55,381 nucleotides of DNA from Folioceros fuciformis. Its lineage: Eukaryota. The DNA is taken from assembly GCA_049999805.1 (NCBI GenBank), contig JBNGIO010006379.1:610165-665545 (forward strand), read 5' to 3'. Of this stretch, positions 21,954 through 33,735 are shown piece after piece. Position 1 is the stretch's first letter. Each line of letters starts with the position of its first letter. The translations under genes and the position numbers were made by a program. The notes beneath the pieces are model-generated. The model saw nothing but the letters and a program-made list of their open reading frames with translations, was not told the origin of the DNA and ran no database searches.

Positions 21954-23750
21954 ATGGCAAAAGGGGACGATGCCCTGCTGAAGAAGCGAAACAAAGCAGT
22001 CCGGAAGAGGGCAAGGAGGGCTGGGGCAGGCACTGCCGAATCTGTGCAAGGAACACAGGAGCATCGGCGGAGGCGGAAGCTCGGTACGCGGCGAAAATGT
22101 GAGGGGATGTGCTACACTCTGCCAACTCCCCAGGATCCCTTCAACGACACAGGGTCCAGCAAGAAGAAGAAGAGGAGAGGGAATGGCGAGGATGCCCAGC
22201 GTGCCGAAGGGATCAAGGCAACGAAGAGGAAGAGAGATGAAGAGGTGGAGGGCAAGGGGCAGGAGAAAGTTGACGAGGATGCCACGTCCAGTAAGCGGCG
22301 GAAAGTGGAACAGATGATTGAGGGGCTTCACAATTTTGTAGAAACACAGGCTGGAGGAGGGGGAAGAGGTAAGCCACAGCGAACAGATCTTGATTTGGTT
22401 GAGGATGGAGTGAAGAAAAGTCTTCTGCCTCCCGGCAATGGACACGTACCTTCGAGATTTGCGTGGCGAGCCAACGCATCTAAGCCCCCGGCTGATGCCG
22501 ACATTGGGAACTTGAAGGGGGACAAGGCTGCAGAGCTTGCATTTCAGATATCTCTGCATGGCATTTTGCCGTCAGTGAATTCGGGGGGCATTGGTGGGAA
22601 ATTAGAGAAGCAGTGTTGGAGCGCGTGCGGTAGAGGTGTTGACGTCTTGGGAGCGTTTGAGCTCGAACCGGAGAAGAGGATGTTGTGTTACGTTCCTGCC
22701 GCCGCTGCCCACATCGTGGGCCGTGGTGTGACGGCCTCCGACAAGATCCCCGTTGCAGTAATTCTGGTTGCCTCGCAGGACCGTGTGCAGCAGGTGAGGC
22801 TTGCTGCGAAGGCATTGAAGAAGTTACTGCAGATATCTTGTGTAGGATTGCACACAGGCACGGGCATTGATCGACAATTGGAAGGCCTACAAGCACAGAC
22901 ACCGCAAATGATTGTCGCAACTCCGGAAAGACTCTGTGAGCTCGTGGCTCTGGATGCTCTCAAGCTTACGGGGGTATCCTTCCTGGTCTTGGATGGTTTA
23001 GATGACTTACTGGCTCGAGGCTTCGAGTCAGAGCTCATCAGAATCGAAGCCACTGTACACTCCAGCAGGCAGATGTTTGTTCTCTGTAAGGCCTTCCCTG
23101 CCAATGTCGTCAGAACAGCTCGGCTTTTCATGAAAGACCCTGTTGTCAGAGTCACATCCTACAGCTCAACGGCTTTGCGCAGTGCTTGCATAACACAATG
23201 TGTCTCCGTGGTGATCCATGACGACAAGAAACTTGTCAAGTTTGACAAAATTCTGGAGGAAGTGAGAACTCGGCATTTGCAGTCCAGGTCCAGTCCTAGG
23301 ATGTTGGCCGTTCTGAAGCGCAGAGAGAGCGTGCCAAACCTCTTTGCTTCCATGCTGAAGGCAGGATTGAACGTCGAGGACTTAACAGCCTGTAAAGAAG
23401 GACAGGAGCTGGCAGATCTTCCGGTGGTGCAGAAGTTCCAGGAAGGCGAGGTTCATGCCCTCGTGTTGATAGAGAGCATGTTGAGCCGGTTTCCCTTGAA
23501 ATCCATCAATGTCTCCAATGTCGTCTTCTACGATTTTCCTTCCAGCTTCTCGGCGTACTGCATTGTGGTCACAGGCATGTCCAGTGAGACCATCCATGGG
23601 AGGGTATACAGCATCTGCTCTGGTGGCATGGCCCCTCTTGCGGAACAGCTAGTGGACTTGTTGCACCAATGCGCGCAGGCTGTCCCACCCGCTCTTGAAA
23701 TGCTGGTTAAAGCTGCCTCGACTGTCTTAATGGAGAAGAGCTTACAGTAG
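21954..23750 (+). CDS. DEAD-box helicase-like protein with degenerate motifs, Arabidopsis At2g28600-like; intronless
   Basis: Plant-conserved N-terminus MAKGDD.L.K.NK..RK...G.R..C.GMC.TLPT..DPFN. Motif Ib IVATPERL is present. Motif II reads VLDGLD and no GKT Walker A is visible. Confidence 0.82.
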   Translation: MAKGDDALLKKRNKAVRKRARRAGAGTAESVQGTQEHRRRRKLGTRRKCEGMCYTLPTPQDPFNDTGSSKKKKRRGNGEDAQRAEGIKATKRKRDEEVEGKGQEKVDEDATSSKRRKVEQMIEGLHNFVETQAGGGGRGKPQRTDLDLVEDGVKKSLLPPGNGHVPSRFAWRANASKPPADADIGNLKGDKAAELAFQISLHGILPSVNSGGIGGKLEKQCWSACGRGVDVLGAFELEPEKRMLCYVPAAAAHIVGRGVTASDKIPVAVILVASQDRVQQVRLAAKALKKLLQISCVGLHTGTGIDRQLEGLQAQTPQMIVATPERLCELVALDALKLTGVSFLVLDGLDDLLARGFESELIRIEATVHSSRQMFVLCKAFPANVVRTARLFMKDPVVRVTSYSSTALRSACITQCVSVVIHDDKKLVKFDKILEEVRTRHLQSRSSPRMLAVLKRRESVPNLFASMLKAGLNVEDLTACKEGQELADLPVVQKFQEGEVHALVLIESMLSRFPLKSINVSNVVFYDFPSSFSAYCIVVTGMSSETIHGRVYSICSGGMAPLAEQLVDLLHQCAQAVPPALEMLVKAASTVLMEKSLQ

Positions 23751-24692
23751 CGCAAGCTGACACCAGACAGGTACATTGTCACTTAACCCCGAGGGCCTAA
23801 GCCAATATCCAAGCATTTTCCCCTTTGAGTGGTTCTTTTTGTGTAATTAAATAAATAAAAGTCTGATGAGCTCTTTCCCTTCGCCATGATCATAATCTAC
23901 TCAAGAGACTCGAGCGACCAACACCGTTTCTGTGGATTGTGAATTGAAGAAGCTACTATGACGAGGCCAGGAGAAGGAAAGTATCACCGTTCCTTGCAAA
24001 CGGTATGACAAACCCAAGAAAACTCCTACTTTCGAGCAAACGTCGTAAACTGCCCGGCTCCTACTTCTGATAACAGTGAAGGCAACAGGTTCAGGGTCAA
24101 TCAATTTTGTTCCGATTCCAAGATTCAAACAAGAACCTCGTAGATTCAAAAGGGTTCCGCAAGCCCAGTCCGTCACTGAGTTGTGACCGTACGCATGCGG
24201 TGTAAAACAATCTCAAAAAATGTCCAACACTGTTCCACAACGTCACCAATCAAATATCGGCCTGAGGTCAAATGGGCTACCTTATCGACAACATTTCGAT
24301 GGCCTGCAATGGGTGGACGGTGATACAGGCCCATGCCATGTTTGGTAGACGTCGAGTGTGAATCTTGCAAAACAACGTCTCTAAATTTCGGTGCCCGATT
24401 CCCGACGCAGTCCATGCAGCACAGTTTGCTAGACTCTGCAAATCAAGCAACATGTCATATACGTTCACTCGAGACAACACAGAGATACCAAGTGGACGAA
24501 GCGCATGACCTGTCTGTCTTAACATACCCGTCAGCCAGCCTTTCCGCCCTCGAGTGTTGCTGAAAGGGTACGTCTATCATAGCTGCAGATAGCAGTGCTC
24601 CCAGGTGGCCCGCTGGCTTCACAATAAGTCTCTGCTTTCCTAGGATGTAGGGTTTGCAGGGCGGACGTTACGGCCGGCTAGTTCTTCCACCA

Positions 24693-27600
24693 TCAAATAT
24701 GTGTCGTGATAAGAGCCCAGTCGTGGATGCGGCCTGCGAATCTGCCTGCGGAAGATTCTGTGTCCCCAACACAGAAGCTGTGAACCAGCCCCTCCACGTC
24801 TGTCCACCAGCTCTGGCCTGGCTGCTTCCAGGCACCAATTCCTCTCCTCCTCGCTTGTAGGTCGTGTGCTTGCCCCCACTTATCGGCGTTGGTGTATATG
24901 TTGGACATCAACACATACGCTGAGGCATCCTTGCTGTCTAGCTTCATTGCTTCTTGGAAAGCGTGGCGTCCCACCTCTACATTGCTCCACTTTCGGCAAG
25001 CATTCAAAAGGGTGTGCCAAACTGCAGCATTAGGCAGGACGGGCATTGCCCCTATCCAGGCTAGTGCCTCGTCCAGTTTTCCTGCACGGCTCATGAGGTC
25101 CACCATGCATGTGTAATGGTCAGCCGTGGGCATGATGCCATAGCGTCTGCTCATAGTGTCGAAGAAATCTCGCCCCTTGTTCACTTCGCCTGTATGACTG
25201 CATGCTGTTAGTACACTGAGGAATGTGACGCTGTCTGGCTGTATGCCATCTTTGCTCATTCTGGAAATCAAGTCAAAGACCGCTTGACTGTCTCCTTGGC
25301 GAGCGTATCCGGCGATCAGTGCATTCCAAATGACCACACCCTTTTCGGGAATTTCCTCGAACTCCTGCTGCGCGGCTGCCATGCTACCGCACTTCCCGTA
25401 CATGTGTATCAAGCTGCCCGCTATAAGCACATCGGATTGAAGCCCGTGTTCTTTGATCTGTGCATGAAGCTGCATGCCCAGATCCAAAGCGGCCACAGTT
25501 GCACATGCCTGGAGGAGGCACACGAACGTCACACAATCGGGTGTAGCCACGCCTTCCTCTTGCATGGCCCTGTACAGACTGATGGCTTCCCGCCCCATGC
25601 CTGTCTGAGAATATCCTGCGATCATGGCAGTCCATGTCACCACATTTTTCTTAGTGAGAGTGTCAAATACACCCCGAGCATCCTCTACACTGCCACACTT
25701 TGCATACATGTTTACGAGACTCCCCCCTATAACAAGATCAGACTGAAATCCTCGTTCTCGAATCTGAGTATGAATCTGCTTTCCCTTCTCCAAAGCCGAG
25801 CTGCCCACACTGGCACATGCCTGCAGCAGGCCCACAAACGTCACGGAATTGGCGGCTATGCCTTCGTCTTCCATAGCAGCATAAAGACCAAGGGCTTCCT
25901 GACCCATGCCCTGCTGAGCATATCCTGCTATCATGGAGCTCCAGGTCACCACAGTTCTTTGCCCAAGCCCGTCAAACACGGCCCGAGCATCCGTTAGATT
26001 CCCGCACTTTGCATACATGTAGACCAAACTGGTACCCACAAACACATCAGCTTGCAGTCCTTGTTCTCTGATTTGAGCGTGAAGCTGCTGTCCCTTCTCC
26101 AAAGCCAGAGAGCCCACACTTGCGCATGCCTGCAGGAGGGATGAAAATGTAATCGAGTTAGGTGCAGCCATACCCTCTTCTTGCATAGCGTCGTAAAGAC
26201 CAAGGGCTTCATGCCCCATGTTCTGCTGGGAATATCCTGCTATCATGGCATTCCACATTACGACATTCTTTTGATGAAATCCGTCAAACACGCCTCGGGC
26301 ATCCTCCAGACTGCCACACTTGGCATACATGGTTATCAGGCTCCCACTTACAATTACATCACCCTGAAGCCCGTGTTCTCTGATGCGTACATGCAGGTAC
26401 TTCCCCTTTTCCAAACCCTGAGTCCCCATGCTTGCACATGCTTGCAGGAGGGACACAAAGGTTGCAGCATCGGGTGAAGTCATACCTTCTTCCATGGCCC
26501 TGTAAAGTTTAAGGGCCTCCTGCCCCAGGCCCTTCTGGGAATATCCTGCTATCATGGCACTCCATGTCACCACATCTTTGAGAACAAGTCCGTCAAAGAC
26601 AGCCCGAGCATCCTCTAGACTGCCACACTTTGCATACATGTTCACTAGGCTCCCACCTACAATTAGAAGACCTTGCAGCCCTCGCTCTCTGATTTGTGCA
26701 TGAAGGCGTTTCCCATTCTCCAACGCCAGGGAGCCTGCACTTGCACATGCCTGCAGGAGGGACACAAATGTCACAGCGCTGGATGCAATGAGCCCTTCTT
26801 CTTGCATGGCCTTGAGAAGACGAAAAGCTTCCAGCCCCTTGCCCTGCTGGGAATACCCTGTTATCAAGGCACTCCACGTCACAACATCTTTGTGTGCAAG
26901 TCCATCAAACACGCTCCGAGCATCTTCTAGACTGCCACATTTTGCATACATGTTCACCAAGCTGCCGGTTACAAACTTATCACCTTGAAGCCTGCGTTTT
27001 CTAATTTCTACATGAAGTTCCCTCCCTTTTTCCAAAGCTGGAGGCCCCAGACGGGCACATGCTTGCAGGAGGCACATAAATGTGACAAAGTCAGGTCCAA
27101 CTATGCCTTCCTTTTGCATAACCTTGTAGAGATCAAACGCTTCCTTCCCCAGGCCCTGCTGGACATGCCCAGCTATCAAAGCATTCCAACTCACCACATT
27201 CTTGTTGTTAATTTCATTGAACTCTCTCTTAGCGGCTTCTAAGCTGCCACACTTGGCATACATATCCACCAAGGAGCTACGCACATACACATCAGGAACA
27301 ACCCCAGCAGCTAACACATCAGCATGCACCAGCTGCCCAGATTTCAAGTCCAATGCCTTCGCACAGGCCTGGAGGGCTGCGGCAAACACATGGCCATCTG
27401 GCTTCACGTCTGACCTTCGCATCCGATGATACAGTTGTATGGCCTGTTTCTCTTGACCCCGTTTAACATGCGCAGAAATTATGGTAGACCACGCGAATGC
27501 ATCTGGTTCAGCAATCTCAGTGAACACATCCACAGCTTCCTGCAACCTACCATGAGAAGAATACATCCGCAGAATATGGTTGCACAAGAACATATCAGAC

Positions 27601-28163
27601 TCAACCCCTTTCTTCAAACTGAGAGCATGGACACGGCGACACAGAGGCAGATCCTTCCGCGCCATACATTCTTTCAGGACCGTCGCAAACAGAGCCTTGG
27701 AGAAACGACGTCCTGCATGCACCATAACACCCAGAGCCTCAACGGCCTCACTGACCTCCCCCTGCTGACATAATTCTCTCACCGTTGCAGCCGTCACGTT
27801 ACTGACGACATCATCCGGCACGCTCCAGCTGGACGCAAGAGCAGGTGCGGCAGCAGGCAGCTCGGAATCCACCCCCGCCGGCTTACACCGGTCGTCGAAC
27901 CAGAGGACCTGCTTAGACTTACTGCTTCGGGCCTCCTGAGTTTGACTGCGATCTTGGAGCAATGCAGAGTCCGACGCAAACTTCTCCCACAAGAATTGCT
28001 GGTCGATGGAAGGCCCGATACCAGCCAGAACTCCAGTTGCACGGGCTGGCTCTGCAGACAAATTGCTGCACCTGGCAGCTTCGTTGTGTGCCAACATCTG
28101 CTTCCGTGAAGTCAGCTGGGCGAGAGGCCTCCCTAGCAAGCCTGTCACCCTCCACACAGCCAT
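24693..28163 (-). CDS. PLS-class PPR protein (~26 motifs), E1/E2 plus WW-type PG box (E+), no DYW catalytic core (PPR1)
   Basis: Repeating P (VVTW.AMIAGYSQ), L (TFV.LLQACA) and S (SLVNMYAKCGSLEDA) motifs, P2-L2-S2 (ACSHTG, YTCMVDL), and KQPGQSWWTD...HSF.VGD followed by a stop. Confidence 0.95.
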   Translation of the reverse strand: MAVWRVTGLLGRPLAQLTSRKQMLAHNEAARCSNLSAEPARATGVLAGIGPSIDQQFLWEKFASDSALLQDRSQTQEARSSKSKQVLWFDDRCKPAGVDSELPAAAPALASSWSVPDDVVSNVTAATVRELCQQGEVSEAVEALGVMVHAGRRFSKALFATVLKECMARKDLPLCRRVHALSLKKGVESDMFLCNHILRMYSSHGRLQEAVDVFTEIAEPDAFAWSTIISAHVKRGQEKQAIQLYHRMRRSDVKPDGHVFAAALQACAKALDLKSGQLVHADVLAAGVVPDVYVRSSLVDMYAKCGSLEAAKREFNEINNKNVVSWNALIAGHVQQGLGKEAFDLYKVMQKEGIVGPDFVTFMCLLQACARLGPPALEKGRELHVEIRKRRLQGDKFVTGSLVNMYAKCGSLEDARSVFDGLAHKDVVTWSALITGYSQQGKGLEAFRLLKAMQEEGLIASSAVTFVSLLQACASAGSLALENGKRLHAQIRERGLQGLLIVGGSLVNMYAKCGSLEDARAVFDGLVLKDVVTWSAMIAGYSQKGLGQEALKLYRAMEEGMTSPDAATFVSLLQACASMGTQGLEKGKYLHVRIREHGLQGDVIVSGSLITMYAKCGSLEDARGVFDGFHQKNVVMWNAMIAGYSQQNMGHEALGLYDAMQEEGMAAPNSITFSSLLQACASVGSLALEKGQQLHAQIREQGLQADVFVGTSLVYMYAKCGNLTDARAVFDGLGQRTVVTWSSMIAGYAQQGMGQEALGLYAAMEDEGIAANSVTFVGLLQACASVGSSALEKGKQIHTQIRERGFQSDLVIGGSLVNMYAKCGSVEDARGVFDTLTKKNVVTWTAMIAGYSQTGMGREAISLYRAMQEEGVATPDCVTFVCLLQACATVAALDLGMQLHAQIKEHGLQSDVLIAGSLIHMYGKCGSMAAAQQEFEEIPEKGVVIWNALIAGYARQGDSQAVFDLISRMSKDGIQPDSVTFLSVLTACSHTGEVNKGRDFFDTMSRRYGIMPTADHYTCMVDLMSRAGKLDEALAWIGAMPVLPNAAVWHTLLNACRKWSNVEVGRHAFQEAMKLDSKDASAYVLMSNIYTNADKWGQAHDLQARRRGIGAWKQPGQSWWTDVEGLVHSFCVGDTESSAGRFAGRIHDWALITTHI

Positions 28164-31100
28164 GGCTCTCGCATGAACCTACGGATGCTGTGACCCCCCA
28201 CTCGCCCCAGAGCTTGCTCCAGAGCTGCACCTGGCCAGGACCCATCCCCCAAGGCGACGCAGGCGGATTTCGGATGTGCCCACCTCGAAAAGCTGAAGCC
28301 AGACTGGGCTGTTTGCCGACGGTTGCTTCATTGAAGGCAGCTCCTCTTCACTGGACTGCGTTCCTGTTTTATTAGGCCCGCAGAAACTGTCCCCGCAATG
28401 CATTCTGCTTCCCTTGAATTGGGACCCTACACGTAGGCAGGCATGGCAGACAGGGCCACGCGGGAAACCTAGCCACACCACAAAGCCATTTGATGCGAAC
28501 AGAGTCACAGTTCGTCCCTGTCCGAGCATACGTACATCACCAAGCCTCGCTACAGACCAGGAGGCTGAACAAATCAGGCGGCAATTTCTGTACCAAGCTT
28601 CGATGCACTTAGCAAACGTACGTGCTCCTGGTTTTCTCCTCGGAACGTATGACAAGTGGCAAGCAAGAAGCAACATATACATGGACGAAGAGGGCATGAA
28701 TTCCTACCCCCATGAACTGGGTCCATGATGGAATCAGGCGTTTAACGGAGCAATAATGGCCGTCGCACTTTCCGAAAGCTCACATGCAGGAGACTGGGTC
28801 TCGGGCTGGGCATGGTGGCAGTAGAGGGGGTGCTTTGGATCAGAGAAGCAGCTCATGCTGGTGCTGAGTGGAGTTGCGTTCGCGTGCCCAGAGCCTGGGT
28901 TGGTGGCGGGCGGCTGAAGATTAAGCTTCAGGACTGCGTGAGACTAATCTTCGGATGCAGAAGTGGACGTCATCAGCGTGACATGTTTTGATTCCAGCCC
29001 TGATCTGGCCTGATGTGGTGCCCGCGCTAGGGTTTTGGGGTGAGGTGTCTTGCTGTGGAGTCGACAACGATGCAGTTCAGAAGCTTGGATGAGTTCTGGC
29101 CTTTCTACATGAATCAACACACCAAGGCAGCCACCAGGCGGTGGCATTTCTGTGGCACGGTGATGTTTACCCTCTTCTTCCTGGCTGCCTTCGTGGTGAA
29201 GTGGTGGCTCTTCATCTTCGCGCCCTTGTTTGGCTACGGCTTCGCGTGGTACAGCCATCTCTTCATTGAGGGGAACTCACCAGCAACCTTCACTCACCCG
29301 CTGTGGTCCTTCGTGTGTGACTACAAGATGTTTGGCCTTATGTTGACTGGAAGATTGGATCGAGAAATAAAGCGGCTTGGCAAAAGGCCAATTTTTCAGG
29401 TTTAGTTCGGCGTCTGATTGCTTTGCTTGACCCGTCCAGCTGTCCTCACGAAGGTGAAAGCTTGTTGACTCTCTAGTGAGGTGGGCATCCAGGGGGCTCG
29501 GATGAAACCACGGCTCGATCGCTTCTGCAGTCGTGTGGCTCACCCTTCGTTGCCCACCGCAAATCCAGGTTTGGGGTTCGCAAACACTCCACCCAGCACT
29601 AGCACAAGTAGCTTCTGTTGTCAAGACAAGACTCTTGCTCCCCACCATGCCCGGCCTCGGTCGCTGCATGTGAGCTTGTGGAAATTGGGATGAGAATTAT
29701 GTTCTCTTCAACGCATGATCTTGAACGCCTTATTCTATCAAGGATCCAGATGACGGGGGGGAGGAATCCACGGCCCCCTTGTACTTGTGTATTTTGCTTC
29801 TTGGTCGCCACTTGTCATGTATGTAAGTTGCGAGGAGGAGAACAAAGTGCACGAGCATCACATTTTGCTAACTGGATCGACGCTTGGTACACAAGTTGGC
29901 ACCTGATTTGTACAGTCTCCGGGTGCACATGCGTTTGATAATTGCATCGCAGCTTGGCGCAGAAATTGCCAACTGATGTGTTAAGCCTCCTGGTCTGCAG
30001 CGGGCTATGTGATGTATGGATGCTCGGACAAAGACAGTCTGTGACTCCGCTCGCATCCGAAGGCTTCGAGCTGTGGTTAGGTTTCACGCGTGCTGCAGCC
30101 TGCCATGCCTACCTGCAGCGTTCCAATTCAAGGGCAACATGATCCCTTGCGGAGACAGGTTCTACGGGCTGCAATGAAGCAACCGTTGGCAAACAGCCCA
30201 GTCTGGCCTCATCTTCTCGAGGTGGGCATATCCGGAATTCGCATTGGGAGATGGGTCCTGGCCAGGTGCAGCTCCAGAGCAAGCTCTGGGGCGGCTTGGG
30301 GGATCCAGCATCCGTAGATTCATACGACAACTATGGCTGTGTGGAGGATGACAGGTTTGCTGGGAAGGCCTCTCGCCCAGCTGACTGCACGGAAGCAGAT
30401 GTGGGCACACAAGGAAGCTGCCGGGTGCAGCAATTTGGCGGCAGAGCCAGTCCGTGCCACAGGAGTTCTGGCTCGAATCGGGTTTTCCATCGACCAGCAA
30501 CTCTTTCGGGAGCAGTTGGCGTCGGGATCTGCATTGCCCCAGGATGGCAGCCAATCGCAGGGGGCCCAGAACAGGGAGTCTCAGCAGGTCCTCTGTTTGA
30601 ACGACCCGTACAACTCGGTAGGGGTTCATTCCAAGCTGGCTGCTGGTGCGCCTGCTCTTGGGTCCAGCTGGAGAGTGCCGGATGATGTCGTCAGTGAAGT
30701 GACGGCTGCAACCGTGAGAGAATTATGTCAGCAGGGGCAAGTCAGTAAGGCCGTTGAGGCTCTGGGTTTTCTGGTGCATACAGGGTGTCATTTCTCAAAG
30801 GCTCTGTTTTACACGGTCCTTAAAGAATGTATGACGCGGAAGGATTTACCTCTGAGTCGCCGTGTCCATGCTCTCAGTTTGAAGAAAGGGGTTGAGTCCG
30901 ATATGTTCTTGTGCAACCACATTCTGCGGATGTATTCTTCTCATGGCAGGTTGCAGGAAGCTCTGGATGTGTTCACTGAGCTTGCTGAACCAGATGCCTT
31001 CGTGTGGTCTACCATCATTTCTGCGCATGTTAAACAGCGACAAGAGAAACAGGCTATACAACTGTATGATCGGATGCGAAGGACAGACGTGAAGCCAGAT

Positions 31101-33735
31101 AGCCACGTGTTCATAGCAGCTCTGCAGGCTTGTGCAATGGGAGGAGATTTGAAGTCAGGGCAGCGAGTGCATGCTCACCTCTTGGCTAGTGACGTTGAGC
31201 TCAATCTGTATGTGTCTAGTTGCTTGGTGGACATGTATGCGAAGTGTGGCAGCTTGCAAGATGCCCAGCGAGTCTTCGACGGGCTTCCTAAGAAGGATGT
31301 AGTGACGTGGAGTGCCATGATAGCTGGATATTCCCAGAAAGGCATGGGCCTGGAAGCCCTTCATCTCTTCAGGGCTATGCAAGAAGAGGGCATTGTTGCA
31401 CCTGATTCTGTGATGTTTGTGTCTGTCCTGCAGGCATGTGCAAACGTGGGGATCTCGGCTTTGGAACAAGGGAGGCAGCTACATGCGCAAATTAGAAAAC
31501 GAGGGCTTCAGTCTGATGTATTTATAGCCAACAGCTTGGTAAATATGTATGCAAAGTGCGGCAGCATAGAAGATGCTCAGGGTGTGTTTGACACACTACG
31601 GCAAAAAACTGTGGTAACGTGGAGTGTCATGATTGCAGGATATTCCCAACACAGCATGGTGCAGGAAGCTCTTCTTCTTTACAATGCTATGCAAGACGAC
31701 GGAGCGGTTACACCAGATTCTGTGACGTTTGTGTGCCTCCTACAGGCGTGTGCTCGACTAGGTGGTCCAGCTTTGGAGAAGGGGAAGCAGCTTCATGCAC
31801 AAATCAGAGAACAAGGACTCGAAGTTGATGCTTTTCTAGCCAGCAGTCTGGTTAACATGTATGCAAAGTGTGGCACCATAGGGGATGCTCGTGGAGTGTT
31901 TGACAAAATTCCTCAGAAGAACGTGGTGACGTGGAATGCCATGATTTCAGGCTATTCCCAGCAAGGGATGGGGCAGGAAGCTCTTTATCTGTACAGGGAC
32001 ATGCAAGACGAAGGTATTGCTGCACCAAATGCTGGGACATTTGTACCGCTCCTCCAAGCATGTGCAAGTGTGGACACCCAGGCTTTGGAGAAGGGAAGAA
32101 ATCTGCATGCTCACATTGGAGAACGAGGCCTTCAGGATGATGTGTTTGTAGGCAACAGCTTGGTGAACATGTATGCCAAGTGTGGGAGCCTAAAGGATGC
32201 TAAAGCTGTGTTTGATGGACTTCCTCAGAAGGATGTGGTGACGTGGAATGCTATGATAGCAGGATATTCCCAGAGAGGCATGGGGCAAGAAGCCCTTCAT
32301 CTTCTCAGTGCAATGCAGGATGAGGGGACGGACGCACCGAATTCTGTGACATTCGTGTCCCTTCTGCAGGCATGCGCAAGTATCGGTGCCCAAGCTTTAG
32401 ACAAAGGCAAGCAGCTTCATGCGGAGCTCAGAGAACAAGGATTTCAGGATGATGTATTTGTGGCCAACAGCTTGGTGAACATGTATGCAAAGTGTGGCAG
32501 CCTAGAGGATGCACAGAGCATGTTTGAAGGGCTTAGTCAAAAGAACGTGGTGACGTGGAATGCCATGATAGCAGGCTATTCCCAGCAGGGCATGGGCCAG
32601 GAAGCCCTTACTGTCTACAACGTTATGAAGGAGGAAGGAGTAGTTGCACCCGACTCTGTGACATTTGTGTGCCTACTGCAGGCATGTTCATGTTTGGGCA
32701 CCTCCGCTTTGGAAATGGGAAAGCAATTACATGCTGAGATTCGACATCAAGGATTGCAGGCAGATGTGGTTGTGGGTGGAAGCCTGGTAAATATGTATGC
32801 AAAGTGTGGCAGCTTGGAGGATGCTGAGGACTTGTTCGGCAGACTTAGTGAAAAAAATGTGGTATCGTGGAGTGCCATGATAGCAGCTTATTCCCAGCAG
32901 GGCAAGGGGCAGGAAGCTCTTAATCTCTACAGGGCTATGCAACAAGAAGGGACCGTCGCACTCGATTGTGTAACATGTGTGTGCCTTCTTCAGGCATGTG
33001 TTAGTGTGGCAGCTTTGCATGTGGGGAGGGAGCTGCATTCACAGGTTCAAGATCAAGGCCTTCACACTGATATCACCGTTGGCAACAGTTTGATAAACAT
33101 GTATGCAAAGTTGGGGAGCATGGTTGATGCACAGCAGGTGTTTGATGCGTTGCCCGAAAGAGATGTCTTCACTTGGAGTACACTGATAGCAGGATACACC
33201 CGTCAAGGATCCGGTGACGAGGTTTTTGACTTAGTCGTGAGAATGAGAGAGGATGGAATCCAGCCAGACGGCATCACGTTCCTTAGTGTACTAACCGTAT
33301 GCAGTCATGCAGGTCTGGTCAACAGGGGCCGAGAGTACTTCGAAGCAATGAGCAGAGACTACGGCATCATCCCCTCAGTGGAGCACTGCACGTGCATGGT
33401 GGATCTCTTGGGTCGTGCGGGACAATTGGACGAGGCGCTGGCGGTAATAAGGAGATTGCCTGTAGCGCCGGATGCCGCAGTTTGGCACACCCTGTTGAGT
33501 GCGTGTAGTAAGTGGAGCAACATGGAGGTGGGACGCCAGGCTTTCGAGGAAGCGGTAAAGCTCGACAAGAAAGATGCGGCGGCATATGTATTGATGTCGA
33601 ACATTTACACCGGTGCCGAGATGTGGGAGCAGGCGAAGGAGATGCAGGCAAGGAGACGAAGAGAAGGAGCATGGAAGCAGCCTGGACAGAGCTGGTGGAC
33701 AGACATGGACGGATTGGTGCACAGTTTTCTCGTTG
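24770..33735. repeat. Large diverged inverted duplication (arms ~24770-28920 and ~29545-33735, ~620-bp spacer)
   Basis: The two PPR CDSs share the N-terminus (MAVWR.TGLLGRPLAQLT.RKQM) and ~750 bp of alignable upstream sequence in opposite orientation, e.g. ccaccatgccc.gcc, gcatgtgagctt, gccacttgtcat, gcttggtaca. Confidence 0.88.
29070..29405 (+). CDS. DUF962 / Mpo1-like small membrane protein
   Basis: MQFRSLDEFWPFYMNQH...TRRWHFCGT...GYGFAWYSHLFIEGNSPATFTHPLWSFVCDYKM...LTGRLDREIKRLGKRP. Confidence 0.9.
   Translation: MQFRSLDEFWPFYMNQHTKAATRRWHFCGTVMFTLFFLAAFVVKWWLFIFAPLFGYGFAWYSHLFIEGNSPATFTHPLWSFVCDYKMFGLMLTGRLDREIKRLGKRPIFQV

Noticed and set aside
23780-24690. Hidden DYW deaminase exon downstream of PPR1
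   Set aside because: I saw no HxE, CxxC or DYW-like motif in the listed ORFs or in the ~230 bp I translated by hand. A distant spliced exon cannot be fully excluded.
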